Assembly (NCBI GenBank): GCA_026988515.1 | Contig: JALSLA010000069.1 | Location: 3,289 to 67,288, forward strand | Length of the DNA stretch: 64,000 nucleotides | Source of the DNA: Helicobacteraceae bacterium | GTDB lineage: Bacteria > Campylobacterota > Campylobacteria > Campylobacterales > Sulfurimonadaceae | Direction: 5' to 3' | Part shown: positions 28,558 to 38,442 of the stretch, one piece after another | How the letters are laid out: each line of letters starts with the position of its first letter | How positions within the stretch are numbered: the first letter of the stretch is position 1 | Notes under the pieces: model-generated | Seen by the model: only the letters and a program-made list of their open reading frames with translations | What the model was told of the DNA's origin: nothing | Database searches by the model: none | Program-made: the position numbers and the translations under genes

Positions 28558-29445
28558 ATGCGTTTAGAAAAAAAAGCAACCGTGGTCTCGATGGCAACTG
28601 CAACGGTGCTAGTGATGATGAAGATGATTGTCGGAATTATGAGCGGCTCGGTTGCCGTCCTTGCTTCGGCTATTGATTCACTGCTTGACCTTTCTGTTTC
28701 GATGTTTAACTTTTTTGCTCTGCATAACTCTGAGAAAGAGGCTGATGACAAATTCAATTTTGGACGCAGTAAAATTGAGCCGTTGGCTTCTGTTATTGAG
28801 GGCACGATTATTTCGTTATCGGGTCTCTTTATTTTGTATGAGGCCTTGGTGAAAATCATTCATGCCCGTGAAACAGAATATCTCAATACTTCCATAGTAG
28901 TGATGATCGTATCAATAGTCATTACAGCTGCTCTGGTTGCCTACCTAAACCATGTCGCTAAAAAAACTGACAATATGGTTATTCGTGCCGATGCCCTGCA
29001 CTACAAAACCGACCTTTTTACCAATGCCGCTATTTTACTTGCATTGGTTCTTATTTCAGTGACGTCGTTTGGCATTATTGACCCGATTCTTGGTATTGCT
29101 ATTGCATTTTACATGATCTATTCAGCCTACCCTATTATTAAAGAAGGGGTGCTTATGTTGCTTGATGTAGCATTAGAGAAGGAAGATGTCGAGAAAATCA
29201 AAACACTGCTTGAGCATGAAAAACGTATTACAGATTACCATTTTCTAAAAACACGAATATCGGGTTCGGATATTTTTATCTCGGTACATATTGTCTTTAA
29301 TGTCAGTATTTCACTCTACGATGCGCATTTGGTCAGTGATGATATTGAACGTCAGTTGAAAGAGCTGTTTCCGGACAAAGAGGTACACTCTATTATTCAT
29401 CTCGATCCCTATGATGATTCAGAGATTAATGAGGATGAACATTAA
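28558..29445 (+). CDS. cation diffusion facilitator (CDF) family metal efflux transporter
   Basis: Six TM segments, SAIDSLLD and HYKTDLF motifs, C-terminal cytoplasmic domain. Confidence 0.85.
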   Translation: MRLEKKATVVSMATATVLVMMKMIVGIMSGSVAVLASAIDSLLDLSVSMFNFFALHNSEKEADDKFNFGRSKIEPLASVIEGTIISLSGLFILYEALVKIIHARETEYLNTSIVVMIVSIVITAALVAYLNHVAKKTDNMVIRADALHYKTDLFTNAAILLALVLISVTSFGIIDPILGIAIAFYMIYSAYPIIKEGVLMLLDVALEKEDVEKIKTLLEHEKRITDYHFLKTRISGSDIFISVHIVFNVSISLYDAHLVSDDIERQLKELFPDKEVHSIIHLDPYDDSEINEDEH

Positions 29446-30377
29446 AAATGTTCAATAGAAAAAGCGACACGCTCGTGAACACTTAACGTATTCTCTTGCG
29501 TGTCAATCAGATCAAATCGGGGCAGCTCTCCTTCATCGTTGGCAATTTGTATGGCCAGTCCGGGACGTGCATTGAGTTCAAGAATGAGAGGTCCCAGTTT
29601 TTTGTCGAGTACAATATCAACCCCCAGATACCCCAAATGGGTAATATCATAACACGAGGCGGCCAGATGCAAAATCCGCTCCCAGTGAGGAACTCGTAAT
29701 GTTGAAAAGTCATGCTTGGTATCGGGGTGATGCATAACAGGTCGGTCATATTGCACGGCATTGAGCGCCCTACCGTCTTTCATGCTGATTCCTACTCCGA
29801 TGGCCCCCTGGTGCAAGTTGGCCTTACCGTCACTCATGGATGTTGAGCAGCGCAGCATTGCCATTGCCGGAAACCCTTTGTAAAGCACCACCCGAATATC
29901 GGGAACACCTTCAAAGCTGTAGTGCTCAAAAATGGGATCGAATTCTACCAGGCTTTCAATCATTGCCACGTCATTTTTCCCACCCAAAGAGTAGAGTCCG
30001 CTTAAAATATTGGAGATATGATGATGAATCTCTTCAAGGCTGAGATGCTCTCCGTTTGGTTTTTCAAAGTCATCGCCCTCCCGATGGACAATCACTAAAA
30101 TGCCTTTGCCTCCACTCCCCTGTGCCGGTTTCACCACAAAAGTACGTAATTGCTCCAAGCGCTCATGCAGCTTTTTGAGTTCAGACTGATTTTTGATTGT
30201 ATCTAAGAGTTTGGGTACGGCAATACCTGCCGCTTCTGCAATACGTTTGGTTTTGAGCTTGTTGTCAACCAAAGGAAAGTTTTTTCGATTATTGAGTTTG
30301 CCGATGTACTCAACATTCCGTCGATTCATTCCTAAAATACCGCGGCGCTTTAGAGCGAATGGACTGGCAAAAAACAT
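29442..30377 (-). CDS. alpha-L-glutamate ligase-like ATP-grasp protein (RimK-related)
   Basis: N-terminus GILGMNRRNVEYIGKLNNRKNFPLVDNKLKTK and ATP-grasp core (VVKPAQGSGGKGI ... LELNARPGL) match the RimK-related 'alpha-L-glutamate ligase-like' family. Confidence 0.8.
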   Translation of the reverse strand: MFFASPFALKRRGILGMNRRNVEYIGKLNNRKNFPLVDNKLKTKRIAEAAGIAVPKLLDTIKNQSELKKLHERLEQLRTFVVKPAQGSGGKGILVIVHREGDDFEKPNGEHLSLEEIHHHISNILSGLYSLGGKNDVAMIESLVEFDPIFEHYSFEGVPDIRVVLYKGFPAMAMLRCSTSMSDGKANLHQGAIGVGISMKDGRALNAVQYDRPVMHHPDTKHDFSTLRVPHWERILHLAASCYDITHLGYLGVDIVLDKKLGPLILELNARPGLAIQIANDEGELPRFDLIDTQENTLSVHERVAFSIEHF

Positions 30378-30378
30378 G

Positions 30379-31908
30379 TTAAACCATCGACTTAAAGCGC
30401 ATTAATTCACTTAAGCGGTAGCCGCTGTACGTTCCTAGCATAATAATAATAGCCAGTACCACAAAGAGCAGTTCCGGAAAATTAAATGTCAGGTGCCCTA
30501 CCAGAGTATTGCTCATTGCGAAATAGGCTAATGTAGCAACAAAGAGTGAACCGCCGCCTTGAATGAAAACTTCTTTAGCCCCCTCTTCTTCCCATAAGAT
30601 AGACATGCGCTCAATGGTCCACGCCAAAATGATCATAGGAAAAAAGGTAATGCTTAATACTTCGTCAAGTCCTAATTTGTAACTTAAAATACTCATTACG
30701 GACATAATGGCAATGACCACAATAACCACGGCTGATATTCGTGCGACCAAGAGTAGATTCATGTGGGACAAATAGGAGCGTATCAGCAAGCCGAATCCGA
30801 CAATAACCAAGAACATAATGAGTCCGACAATCAGCGAAGTCTGCATGAATGCCAATGCAATTAAAATGGGCATAAAGGTTCCCGATGTACGTAACCCGAC
30901 CAGTATGCGTAAAAAGACAACAACCAAGGCTCCTATGGGAATCAGCAAAATATGCTTAAAAGAGTTTTGCTGTGATACCGGCAGTGAAAAGAGCGAGAAG
31001 TTCAAAAGAGGCGCCTCTTTTAACATCTTTTCATGTTTGGCAATCTGACCGGCGGGTACCCGATGTTCACTGACCGAAAAAGTAATTTTGGACTCTTTGA
31101 CGCCGATGGCATCGAGCAGTGAGACTCCGCCTTTTTGCCAGACAAAAAAGTTTGCTGCACGAGGAATTTTACCCTCTTTTAAATCAAAAAGCTGCCAGCG
31201 TTCATTGCTATATACTTCGAGCATCGGTATTAGTGATTGATTGTGCTGAGTCTCTCCCAGGTAAAGTCCGCGAATTTTACGTACGGTAATGCCTTCATAA
31301 CGCAATAGTCGATAGAGCAGATTTAACATATCGTCACTGTTTTGCGTACGCAGCATTTTAACGGTTTGTGACGGAGCATCGGCATTAAAGTGCTGGATCA
31401 GCAGAGCAGTAAAAGAGTGTGCATCGGCAGAGTGATTGTGAATATCTTTTAAAAGTGTTTGTGCCGCATTGAGGACAGGCTTGGTATAATCAGAAAGAGT
31501 CTCTTCTTCCAGCTGCATGTCAAGAGTGTTTTCTTCTTCCTCTTTGGCATGTGAATCAATAATGGCATCAATAGAGTAAAAAAGACGCTGCTTGCCATCA
31601 ACCATACGTTTTGACCATTCAGCCCGCTTGCCGTTTGCTGTTTGGGCGGTTGTAAAACCGAAATCGGCCGATGTGGCATCGTAAGAGAGAATTCGTATGC
31701 CTTGTTGCTTGGGCGGTATGGCCATAGATATTAAAGCGCTTTCGTGCTGACCGATAAATGAAATCTCCGCGCCGATATTGTAAACCGAACGCTTGTCGTG
31801 CGGATAGATCGGAATACCCAATACATCTACCTTATACCATGTGATCGAGAAACCGATCAGAGCCAAAACCAGTGCAATAAGTCGTATTTGCAGACGGGAA
31901 GAGAGCAT
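30379..31908 (-). CDS. inactive-transglutaminase-like domain fused to 7 TM helices
   Basis: N-terminal TM, an about 300-aa extracytoplasmic domain, then a cluster of about 7 hydrophobic helices. It sits between the retropepsin-like and ATP-grasp genes, as in the published comparative-genomics prediction. Confidence 0.65.
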   Translation of the reverse strand: MLSSRLQIRLIALVLALIGFSITWYKVDVLGIPIYPHDKRSVYNIGAEISFIGQHESALISMAIPPKQQGIRILSYDATSADFGFTTAQTANGKRAEWSKRMVDGKQRLFYSIDAIIDSHAKEEEENTLDMQLEEETLSDYTKPVLNAAQTLLKDIHNHSADAHSFTALLIQHFNADAPSQTVKMLRTQNSDDMLNLLYRLLRYEGITVRKIRGLYLGETQHNQSLIPMLEVYSNERWQLFDLKEGKIPRAANFFVWQKGGVSLLDAIGVKESKITFSVSEHRVPAGQIAKHEKMLKEAPLLNFSLFSLPVSQQNSFKHILLIPIGALVVVFLRILVGLRTSGTFMPILIALAFMQTSLIVGLIMFLVIVGFGLLIRSYLSHMNLLLVARISAVVIVVIAIMSVMSILSYKLGLDEVLSITFFPMIILAWTIERMSILWEEEGAKEVFIQGGGSLFVATLAYFAMSNTLVGHLTFNFPELLFVVLAIIIMLGTYSGYRLSELMRFKSMV

Positions 31909-32726
31909 TATTTTCGATACTCTTTAGGTGTACAGGTCTGCTGTTTTGAGACATCGACTATATAGATGTTGCGTAAAAAATTGCGGCCGATGAGAACAGG
32001 GTTTTTGAACTTTCCGCGATCGGTTAATGTGACAGCAACCAGCTGATCATTGTCCCCAAGAACAATGCGTAATTTAATAACCGGCCGGCGTTGTGATTTT
32101 TCACCGTGACGTTTAATCCGCACCCACTTCCAAATAGGTCTCTCAATGGTTAGTGCATTCTCATCGTCGCTCAGAGCAAAACGCACATATTTTCGACCGT
32201 CTCGCTCAAAGGTCTGCATATTAACAGCATGCAATGAGGTGGTTTTTGCTCCCGTATCCACACGAGCCGATGCAATCATATTCCCCGGAATAATACGCAC
32301 CGTCTCAACCGAGCCGATAACAAGTTTGTCGTTGGATGAGGAGACGACTTTTTCTATTGTTGTCTTTTTGGCTATAGCCACGGGCTTTTTTTTAGATTTT
32401 TTGTGAGGATGCTTTCTTTTTACGGATGCAACCGCTTTGTTAACTTTTGATTTTTTTGTTGCCATTTTTTTAGGTTTGGATTTTTTGGTAAGCGTTTTCT
32501 TAGGAGCTGTTGCCTGTTTTGAATGGGTAGTTGTGTTGATATCACGAGGTGTCGATTTTGGCTCCAGAGCAACATTTTCCAAGGAAAACGGCTTGCTCTC
32601 TTCGATGACCCTGAGCGGTACGGGTGCATTGAAAACAGCGGGAGAATGCGGTTTTACAGGAGATTGTGTTGTAGCGCAACCCATTAAAAAAACGAAGCTC
32701 AATAGAAAAAAGCTTTGTTGTCGCAT
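31908..32726 (-). CDS. retropepsin-like 'ATP-dependent zinc protease' (DUF785/RimB-like) domain protein with lipoprotein signal and Lys-rich linker
   Basis: Lipobox FLMGC. Linker at 32364-32504 encodes KKTLTKKSKPKKMATKKSKVNK...KKSKKKP. C-terminal domain has ARVDTGAKTTSLHA (DTG-type) and LIGRNFL. Confidence 0.7.
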   Translation of the reverse strand: MRQQSFFLLSFVFLMGCATTQSPVKPHSPAVFNAPVPLRVIEESKPFSLENVALEPKSTPRDINTTTHSKQATAPKKTLTKKSKPKKMATKKSKVNKAVASVKRKHPHKKSKKKPVAIAKKTTIEKVVSSSNDKLVIGSVETVRIIPGNMIASARVDTGAKTTSLHAVNMQTFERDGRKYVRFALSDDENALTIERPIWKWVRIKRHGEKSQRRPVIKLRIVLGDNDQLVAVTLTDRGKFKNPVLIGRNFLRNIYIVDVSKQQTCTPKEYRK

Positions 32727-32818
32727 CAGTGTCCTTTTGTCAATTTGTCAATTAGGAAAGGGATTATACCTTGTAAAATATAATAGAACAAAAACAGCAT
32801 CCAATTGTTAAGAAAGTG

Positions 32819-34387
32819 TTAACGTGCAAATTCGGTGCTTCGGCTCTCTCGAATCACGTTCACTTTGATTTCTCCGGGATATTGTACTTTCTGCTCAATC
32901 TCTTTGGCAATCTCTTTGGCAAGAAGGGATGCGGCATCATCATTGATCACTTCCGCATTGACCATAACGCGCAGTTCTCGACCGGCATTAATAGCATATG
33001 CCTGTTTGACGCCATCGCGGCGTGAGGCAATCTCTTCAATCTCCGTAACCCGCTTTAAAAAACTTTCAAGTACCTCACGACGGGCACCCGGTCGCGCGGC
33101 AGAGAGGGCATCGGCGGCACAAACAGCAGCACATTCGACACTTTTTATCTCTTCAAATCCGTGATGGGCATAAATGGCATTAATAACAACGGCGTCTTCA
33201 TTGTAGCGGTTGCAGACTTCAACGCCAAGATCGACATGACTTCCCTCATGTTCATGGGTCAACGCTTTACCAATATCATGAAAAAGCCCGGCGCGTTTGG
33301 CAAGCTTCGCATCGCCACCCATTTCAGATGCCATCATACCGGCCAAGTGGGCTACTTCCAACGTATGCGCCAAAGCATTTTGTCCATAGCTTGCACGGTA
33401 GCGCAATTTGCCCAAAAGTTTAATAAGTTCAGGGTGAACGCCATGAATTCCAAGATCCAGAAGAATCTCTTCGCCTTCTGCTAAGATGCCTTCTTCAAAC
33501 TCATCACATACTTTGGTGTAAATTTCTTCAATACGTGCCGGTTGAATACGTCCGTCTTCAATGAGCAGCTCCAAGGTTTTGGTAGCAACAGAGCGTCGGT
33601 AGAGGTTAAAACTGCTGATGAGAATGGCATTGGGAGTTTCATCAATAATAATGTCAACGCCCAAAAGCATCTCAAGTGTTTTAATATTGCGCCCCTCTTT
33701 GCCGATAATGCGACCCTTAAGCTCATCGTCGCTTAAACGCACACTGTTAATGAGTCGTTCGGCCGCAAATTCACCGGCATAGCGTGATGTTGCCTGTGCC
33801 AAGATGTAATTGGCGTTTCGTTTTGCCTGCTCTTTCGCTTCATTTTCGCTGCGTCGTACAATGTGGGCAATCTCTGTTTTTGACTGCTCTTCCACTTTTT
33901 CAAGAAGAATTTTCTTGGCTTCGTTTCTGGTAAGTCCGGAGGCACCTTCAAGAACATGGATAACGTCATCCACTCTTTTTTGATAATCTGCTTTTAGAAT
34001 TTCAAGTGCTTTTTCATGACGTTCAAGCGAGAGCGTTTTACTTGTTGCGGCATTGTATTCGTTACGTATGCGCTCTTCTTCGCGCTCTTTAAAATTGTAG
34101 AAATCATGCTCTTTTTTAATCAGTTTGTTTTCGCGGTCGGCTAAATCTTTTTTAGCCGCATTGCTCGCCTCTTCATAACGTCTTTGTGCATCTGCTTCAA
34201 TTTCCTGAGCTTTGGCATTGGAGCGATGCAGTATTATTTCTGCTTCATTCTCAATAGCTTTAGCCTTGGCTTTGGCCTGCTCAATATAAACTTCGAAATT
34301 TGCATGAGTTATTTTTTTAGAAATGAAAAAGCCGATGACGCCGCTTAAAGTGGAAATTCCTCCCCCTAAGAGTATCTCGTTTAGCAT
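32819..34387 (-). CDS. rny: ribonuclease Y
   Basis: N-terminal TM, long coiled coil, KH domain (GRIIGKEGRNIK), HD domain (HSxEVAHLAG...HDIGK). Confidence 0.9.
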   Translation of the reverse strand: MLNEILLGGGISTLSGVIGFFISKKITHANFEVYIEQAKAKAKAIENEAEIILHRSNAKAQEIEADAQRRYEEASNAAKKDLADRENKLIKKEHDFYNFKEREEERIRNEYNAATSKTLSLERHEKALEILKADYQKRVDDVIHVLEGASGLTRNEAKKILLEKVEEQSKTEIAHIVRRSENEAKEQAKRNANYILAQATSRYAGEFAAERLINSVRLSDDELKGRIIGKEGRNIKTLEMLLGVDIIIDETPNAILISSFNLYRRSVATKTLELLIEDGRIQPARIEEIYTKVCDEFEEGILAEGEEILLDLGIHGVHPELIKLLGKLRYRASYGQNALAHTLEVAHLAGMMASEMGGDAKLAKRAGLFHDIGKALTHEHEGSHVDLGVEVCNRYNEDAVVINAIYAHHGFEEIKSVECAAVCAADALSAARPGARREVLESFLKRVTEIEEIASRRDGVKQAYAINAGRELRVMVNAEVINDDAASLLAKEIAKEIEQKVQYPGEIKVNVIRESRSTEFAR

Positions 34388-34937
34388 CTCGTATCCTCTT
34401 CATCGCAACGCACCGTCTGGGTGTCAGTAACAGATCGCACTCAATGTCAAACGCATCGCCTACAGCGTGTTTGCTATAGCACAGTTCGGATTGAATAAAA
34501 ATAGTAAAGGGTCTCTTTTTTAATGTGGGAAAGAAACGATCGTACATCCCTTTTCCAAAACCTATTCGTTTGCCATCGGCATCTACACCAATCGCAGGTA
34601 CAATTGCAATATCAATATTTTTTATAATTTTAGTTGTATTTCCACTCTCCAACAGACCAAAGGTCTTGCGCTTAAGCGGTAATCTAAATGGTACCATCTT
34701 GAAACTTTCACCCACCATAAACGGCAGGTAAACATGCATTTTTTTTCGTGAACGTTTCACGCTGGCACGTATGTCAGCCTCAAAAGGCAGCGGCCAGTAA
34801 AAGAGCGCAGAATTTACATGTAATTTTTTAAGAATGGCTGTTAAAGCGCTGTTAAGCCGGTAATCCCGATACCGCTTGTTGTGTGAGGGAAGTGTGCGAA
34901 GTTTTTTAAGACAATATTGTCGAAATTCTGCTTTCAT
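34317..34937 (-). CDS. 5-formyltetrahydrofolate cyclo-ligase
   Basis: Family pattern ...FYWPLPFEADIR...VYLPFM..., GFGKGMYDR motif. The start is probably MKAEFRQ. The 3' end overlaps the rny start by 71 nt. Confidence 0.7.
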   Translation of the reverse strand: MKAEFRQYCLKKLRTLPSHNKRYRDYRLNSALTAILKKLHVNSALFYWPLPFEADIRASVKRSRKKMHVYLPFMVGESFKMVPFRLPLKRKTFGLLESGNTTKIIKNIDIAIVPAIGVDADGKRIGFGKGMYDRFFPTLKKRPFTIFIQSELCYSKHAVGDAFDIECDLLLTPRRCVAMKRIRDAKRDTLRGRNFHFKRRHRLFHF

Positions 34938-34988
34938 CAAAATTCTTTCGATATAATTTCTCATATTTTATCGATTAAAAGGTTTTTT

Positions 34989-35558
34989 ATGCTTAAAAGA
35001 GCGCTACTATGCTCAGCACTGTCCCTTCTGTTTCTCAGTGGCTGTAGCGATACAAAAAAAGAAGCAGAGTCTGCAACACAAGAGGCCAATAGTATGGTTG
35101 CTCAGAGTAGTTTTGAGCTGCAAAGTCTTGATGGTGAAACCTTTACGGTGACGAAAGAGGCAAACAATTTTATATTGCAAGGAGCGGGAAGCAAAGTGGT
35201 ACTGTTTAATGTTTTTGGAACATGGTGTCCGCCGTGTCGTGCCGAAGCACCGCATTTAACGCGTCTGCAAAAAAAATATCACGATACCTTTAAAATTATA
35301 GCCGTTCCGGTTGATGAGAATCCGACTAATGCGATACTTCAAGAGTGGAAACAGACTTATGGGGCTGACTACAGTATTGTTAATTCCAAAGATAACAGAG
35401 CTTTGGCAAATGCTCTGGCTGCATCGGTAAACGCCGGTCAAGGGTTTCCTATTCCGCTGATGTTGATGTTTAAAGACAACAAATATGTGACCCATTATGT
35501 GGGTGCAATTCCCGAAGAGATGATAGAGAGTGACATTAAACATGCGTTAGGAATGTAA
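34989..35558 (+). CDS. TlpA-like thiol:disulfide oxidoreductase lipoprotein
   Basis: Lipobox FLSGC and thioredoxin motif WCPPC. I prefer the start at 34989 (MLKRALL). Confidence 0.8.
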   Translation: MLKRALLCSALSLLFLSGCSDTKKEAESATQEANSMVAQSSFELQSLDGETFTVTKEANNFILQGAGSKVVLFNVFGTWCPPCRAEAPHLTRLQKKYHDTFKIIAVPVDENPTNAILQEWKQTYGADYSIVNSKDNRALANALAASVNAGQGFPIPLMLMFKDNKYVTHYVGAIPEEMIESDIKHALGM

Positions 35559-36683
35559 ATGTTTGGTTTTATCAACAAAGGGCTTGGCAAAACCGCCGAG
35601 GCCATTAAACACATTGCACCGAAAAAAAAACTTAAAATTTCTAAAGATGAACTGGAAGACATTCTGCTTGAAACCGATGTGGAATATGAACTTGTCGAGA
35701 TTATTTTACGAGAGATCTATACGGACGAGGTAAGCCGTGAGCAGCTTGAATCCAAGCTCTTAACCACGCTCGCCTATTCAGACTACAAGGAACCCGAACA
35801 TATGGAGCTTCCGTGTGTCGACCTGATTATCGGCGTGAACGGTGCAGGTAAGACCACAACCATTGCCAAGTTGGCATCACGCTATAAGAATCAGGGTGAT
35901 CGGGTTATTTTGGGTGCTTCCGATACGTTTCGTGCCGCGGCAATTGAACAGCTGGATCAATGGGCCAAACGTCTGGATATTCCTATAGTCTCTTCCAGGC
36001 AGGGACACGACCCTTCAGCTGTTGCTTTTGATGCGATTGAGTCCGCAAAAGCGAAAGGGTTTGAGCATGTCATTATTGATACGGCAGGACGGTTACATAC
36101 ACAAACCAATCTTGCCAATGAACTCAAAAAAATTGTGCGTATTTGCAATAAGGCGCATAGCGGCGCACCGCATCGAAAAATTTTAGTGCTTGACGGAACT
36201 CAAGGCAGTTCGGCTATAGCTCAAGCCAAAGCATTTCATGAGATGATCGATATTGACGCCATTATTATTACCAAGCTTGACGGCACCGCACGAGGCGGTT
36301 CACTCTTTAGTATTGCTTATGAACTCAAAATACCGATTCTCTATATTGGTGTCGGTGAACAGCCTGAACATCTGTTGGTATTTGACAAATATGAATTTGT
36401 CTCCGGTCTGCTTGATATTATCTATTTTGATGATGATGAAGTCTCACCGCAGGTGACAGATCTCAGCGAAGACGATACGGTACACATCAGTTTTGAAGAG
36501 AAGATGAAACGGCTCAATAAGCGCATACACGATGATGGATTCGATCTGCTTTCAAAACATTTTGTTCGGGAACAGAGCACATGGAACGAATACCGTTTTG
36601 CCAAAAACGAGGCGACGGGACACTATGAGATTCTTGAGCGCGACGGCTCTATCGTGCGATCCTACAATATTGATGAACTGTAG
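35559..36683 (+). CDS. ftsY: signal recognition particle receptor FtsY with an unusual about 88-aa C-terminal extension
   Basis: NG domain: [31 protein letters not shown]. The sequence continues 88 aa beyond the usual end (...FVSGLLD). Confidence 0.85.
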   Translation: MFGFINKGLGKTAEAIKHIAPKKKLKISKDELEDILLETDVEYELVEIILREIYTDEVSREQLESKLLTTLAYSDYKEPEHMELPCVDLIIGVNGAGKTTTIAKLASRYKNQGDRVILGASDTFRAAAIEQLDQWAKRLDIPIVSSRQGHDPSAVAFDAIESAKAKGFEHVIIDTAGRLHTQTNLANELKKIVRICNKAHSGAPHRKILVLDGTQGSSAIAQAKAFHEMIDIDAIIITKLDGTARGGSLFSIAYELKIPILYIGVGEQPEHLLVFDKYEFVSGLLDIIYFDDDEVSPQVTDLSEDDTVHISFEEKMKRLNKRIHDDGFDLLSKHFVREQSTWNEYRFAKNEATGHYEILERDGSIVRSYNIDEL

Positions 36684-36685
36684 CT

Positions 36686-38038
36686 ATGGCTAAAAAAAAA
36701 TCCTCTCTATTTGAGTGTCAGCATTGTGGATTTACCGCCTCTAAATGGATGGGGAAGTGTACTAACTGCGGGGCATGGGACTCTCTTGTCGAGCTTAGTG
36801 AAAGCGAGCAGGAGGTCTTAAAAGAGAGTGCGCTATCGACGCTGCACAGTCATACGAAAGCGCAACGTATTATTGATATTGACGAAGATGATATTACCCG
36901 TTTTTCAAGCAATGACGTTGAACTGGACTTAGTGCTCGGCGGTGGTGTTGTTCCGGGTTCTATGACACTGATCGGCGGAAGTCCGGGCGTAGGAAAGTCA
37001 ACGCTGTTATTAAAAATCGGTGCCAATATCGCACAGACAGGGCGCAAAGTACTGTATGTTACGGGTGAAGAGTCTAAAGGGCAGGTGAAACTGCGTGCCA
37101 ATCGTCTCCAGGCCAATGCCAAGGAACTCTACCTTCTAAGTGAAATCAAACTGCAGGAGGTAATGACCGCATTGCATCATGAAAATTATGAATGCCTCAT
37201 TATTGATTCCATTCAAACGCTCTATTCCGATGCAGTCAGTTCAGCCCCGGGATCGGTCACTCAAGTACGGCAGATTACATTTGAGTTAATGCGCATTGCC
37301 AAAGAGCGTCAAATTGCCGTCTTCATTATTGGTCATATTACCAAAGAAGGTGCGATTGCCGGACCTCGGGTTTTGGAGCATATGGTCGATACCGTCCTCT
37401 ATTTTGAGGGAGACAGCTCTCAGGAATTACGGGTGTTGCGCGGTTTTAAAAATCGCTTTGGGCCAACCAGTGAAATCGGTGTTTTTGAGATGAAAGAAGA
37501 GGGGCTGGTTTCGGCAAAAGATATTGCTTCGCGCTTTTTTGATAAAAGCAGAGCCCAAAGCGGCTCGGCGCTGAGTGTGGTGATGGAGGGGTCACGCCCA
37601 CTGATACTTGAGGTACAGGCACTGGTAAGTGAGTCGCATGCTTCAAACCCAAAGCGTTCGTCTACCGGATTCGATACCAATCGCTTAACCATGCTTTTAG
37701 CCCTTTTGGAGCGAAAGCTTGAACTGCCCTTAAATCATTACGACGTCTTTATTAACATTACCGGCGGCATTAAGATTAATGAGACTTCGGCAGACTTAGC
37801 GGTATTGGCGGCCATTATCAGCAGTTTTCGTGACCGTGCCGTCTCCAAAGAGACCGTATTTATCGGTGAAGTCTCTTTGGTGGGTGATGTCAGAGAGGTG
37901 TTCAGCTTGGATCAACGTCTTAAAGAGGCGTCACTTCAAGGGATCACCAAAGTACTCACCTCAAAAAAACCCAAAGAGCGCTATGGGTTAAAATGCTACA
38001 GTGTTGATGAAGTTACCAAGCTAATTGAGTGGATGTAA
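36686..38038 (+). CDS. radA: DNA repair protein RadA/Sms
   Basis: N-terminal CxxC...CxxC zinc finger, Walker A GGSPGVGKST, KNRFG motif, Lon-like C-terminal domain. Confidence 0.95.
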   Translation: MAKKKSSLFECQHCGFTASKWMGKCTNCGAWDSLVELSESEQEVLKESALSTLHSHTKAQRIIDIDEDDITRFSSNDVELDLVLGGGVVPGSMTLIGGSPGVGKSTLLLKIGANIAQTGRKVLYVTGEESKGQVKLRANRLQANAKELYLLSEIKLQEVMTALHHENYECLIIDSIQTLYSDAVSSAPGSVTQVRQITFELMRIAKERQIAVFIIGHITKEGAIAGPRVLEHMVDTVLYFEGDSSQELRVLRGFKNRFGPTSEIGVFEMKEEGLVSAKDIASRFFDKSRAQSGSALSVVMEGSRPLILEVQALVSESHASNPKRSSTGFDTNRLTMLLALLERKLELPLNHYDVFINITGGIKINETSADLAVLAAIISSFRDRAVSKETVFIGEVSLVGDVREVFSLDQRLKEASLQGITKVLTSKKPKERYGLKCYSVDEVTKLIEWM

Positions 38039-38053
38039 TCTCTTTGTAATTAA

Positions 38054-38065
38054 TTTACATGTAAA
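38054..38065. repeat. perfect copy of iterated palindrome TTTACATGTAAA
   Basis: Read directly. Lies 16 nt after the radA stop and 30 nt before the next ATG. Confidence 0.9.
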
Positions 38066-38094
38066 ATTTCATCAAAACAATATAAAGGGCATGT

Positions 38095-38367
38095 ATGTCT
38101 ATCTGTTCTATTGATGCAGAGTATCGTTCGGAAGAGCGCTATAGTAAACTCTCTTTGGCCTACGCTACAGACGAAGAGTATCAAAAAATTAACGATGTTG
38201 TCGAGGAGATGACTGCGTTATGTGATCTGACGCCACAAATGTATACCAGCAATATTGCCAACGGTAGAAAAGTGCTGGTCATTGAGTATCATGATGACAA
38301 CGATCGTGAAGCAGGCAAAGTATTTGATCAAATCATGAAAAAACTCAACATCACTTCATGTGATTAA
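38095..38367 (+). CDS. small hypothetical protein
   Basis: 90-aa ORF with AAGGGC 6 nt upstream. No known motif. Confidence 0.4.
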   Translation: MSICSIDAEYRSEERYSKLSLAYATDEEYQKINDVVEEMTALCDLTPQMYTSNIANGRKVLVIEYHDDNDREAGKVFDQIMKKLNITSCD

Positions 38368-38406
38368 AAAAGAGTCTTCCGAGAAAATCATTTTGTCTCT
38401 TTAGTG

Positions 38407-38415
38407 TGTTACAAT
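38407..38415 (+). promoter_or_regulatory. putative extended -10 promoter element TGtTACAAT
   Basis: 28 nt upstream of the ATG at 38443, inside the track ORF's extension. Confidence 0.35.
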
Positions 38416-38442
38416 AGTGCAATTTTAGCTATTGAGGTGACT

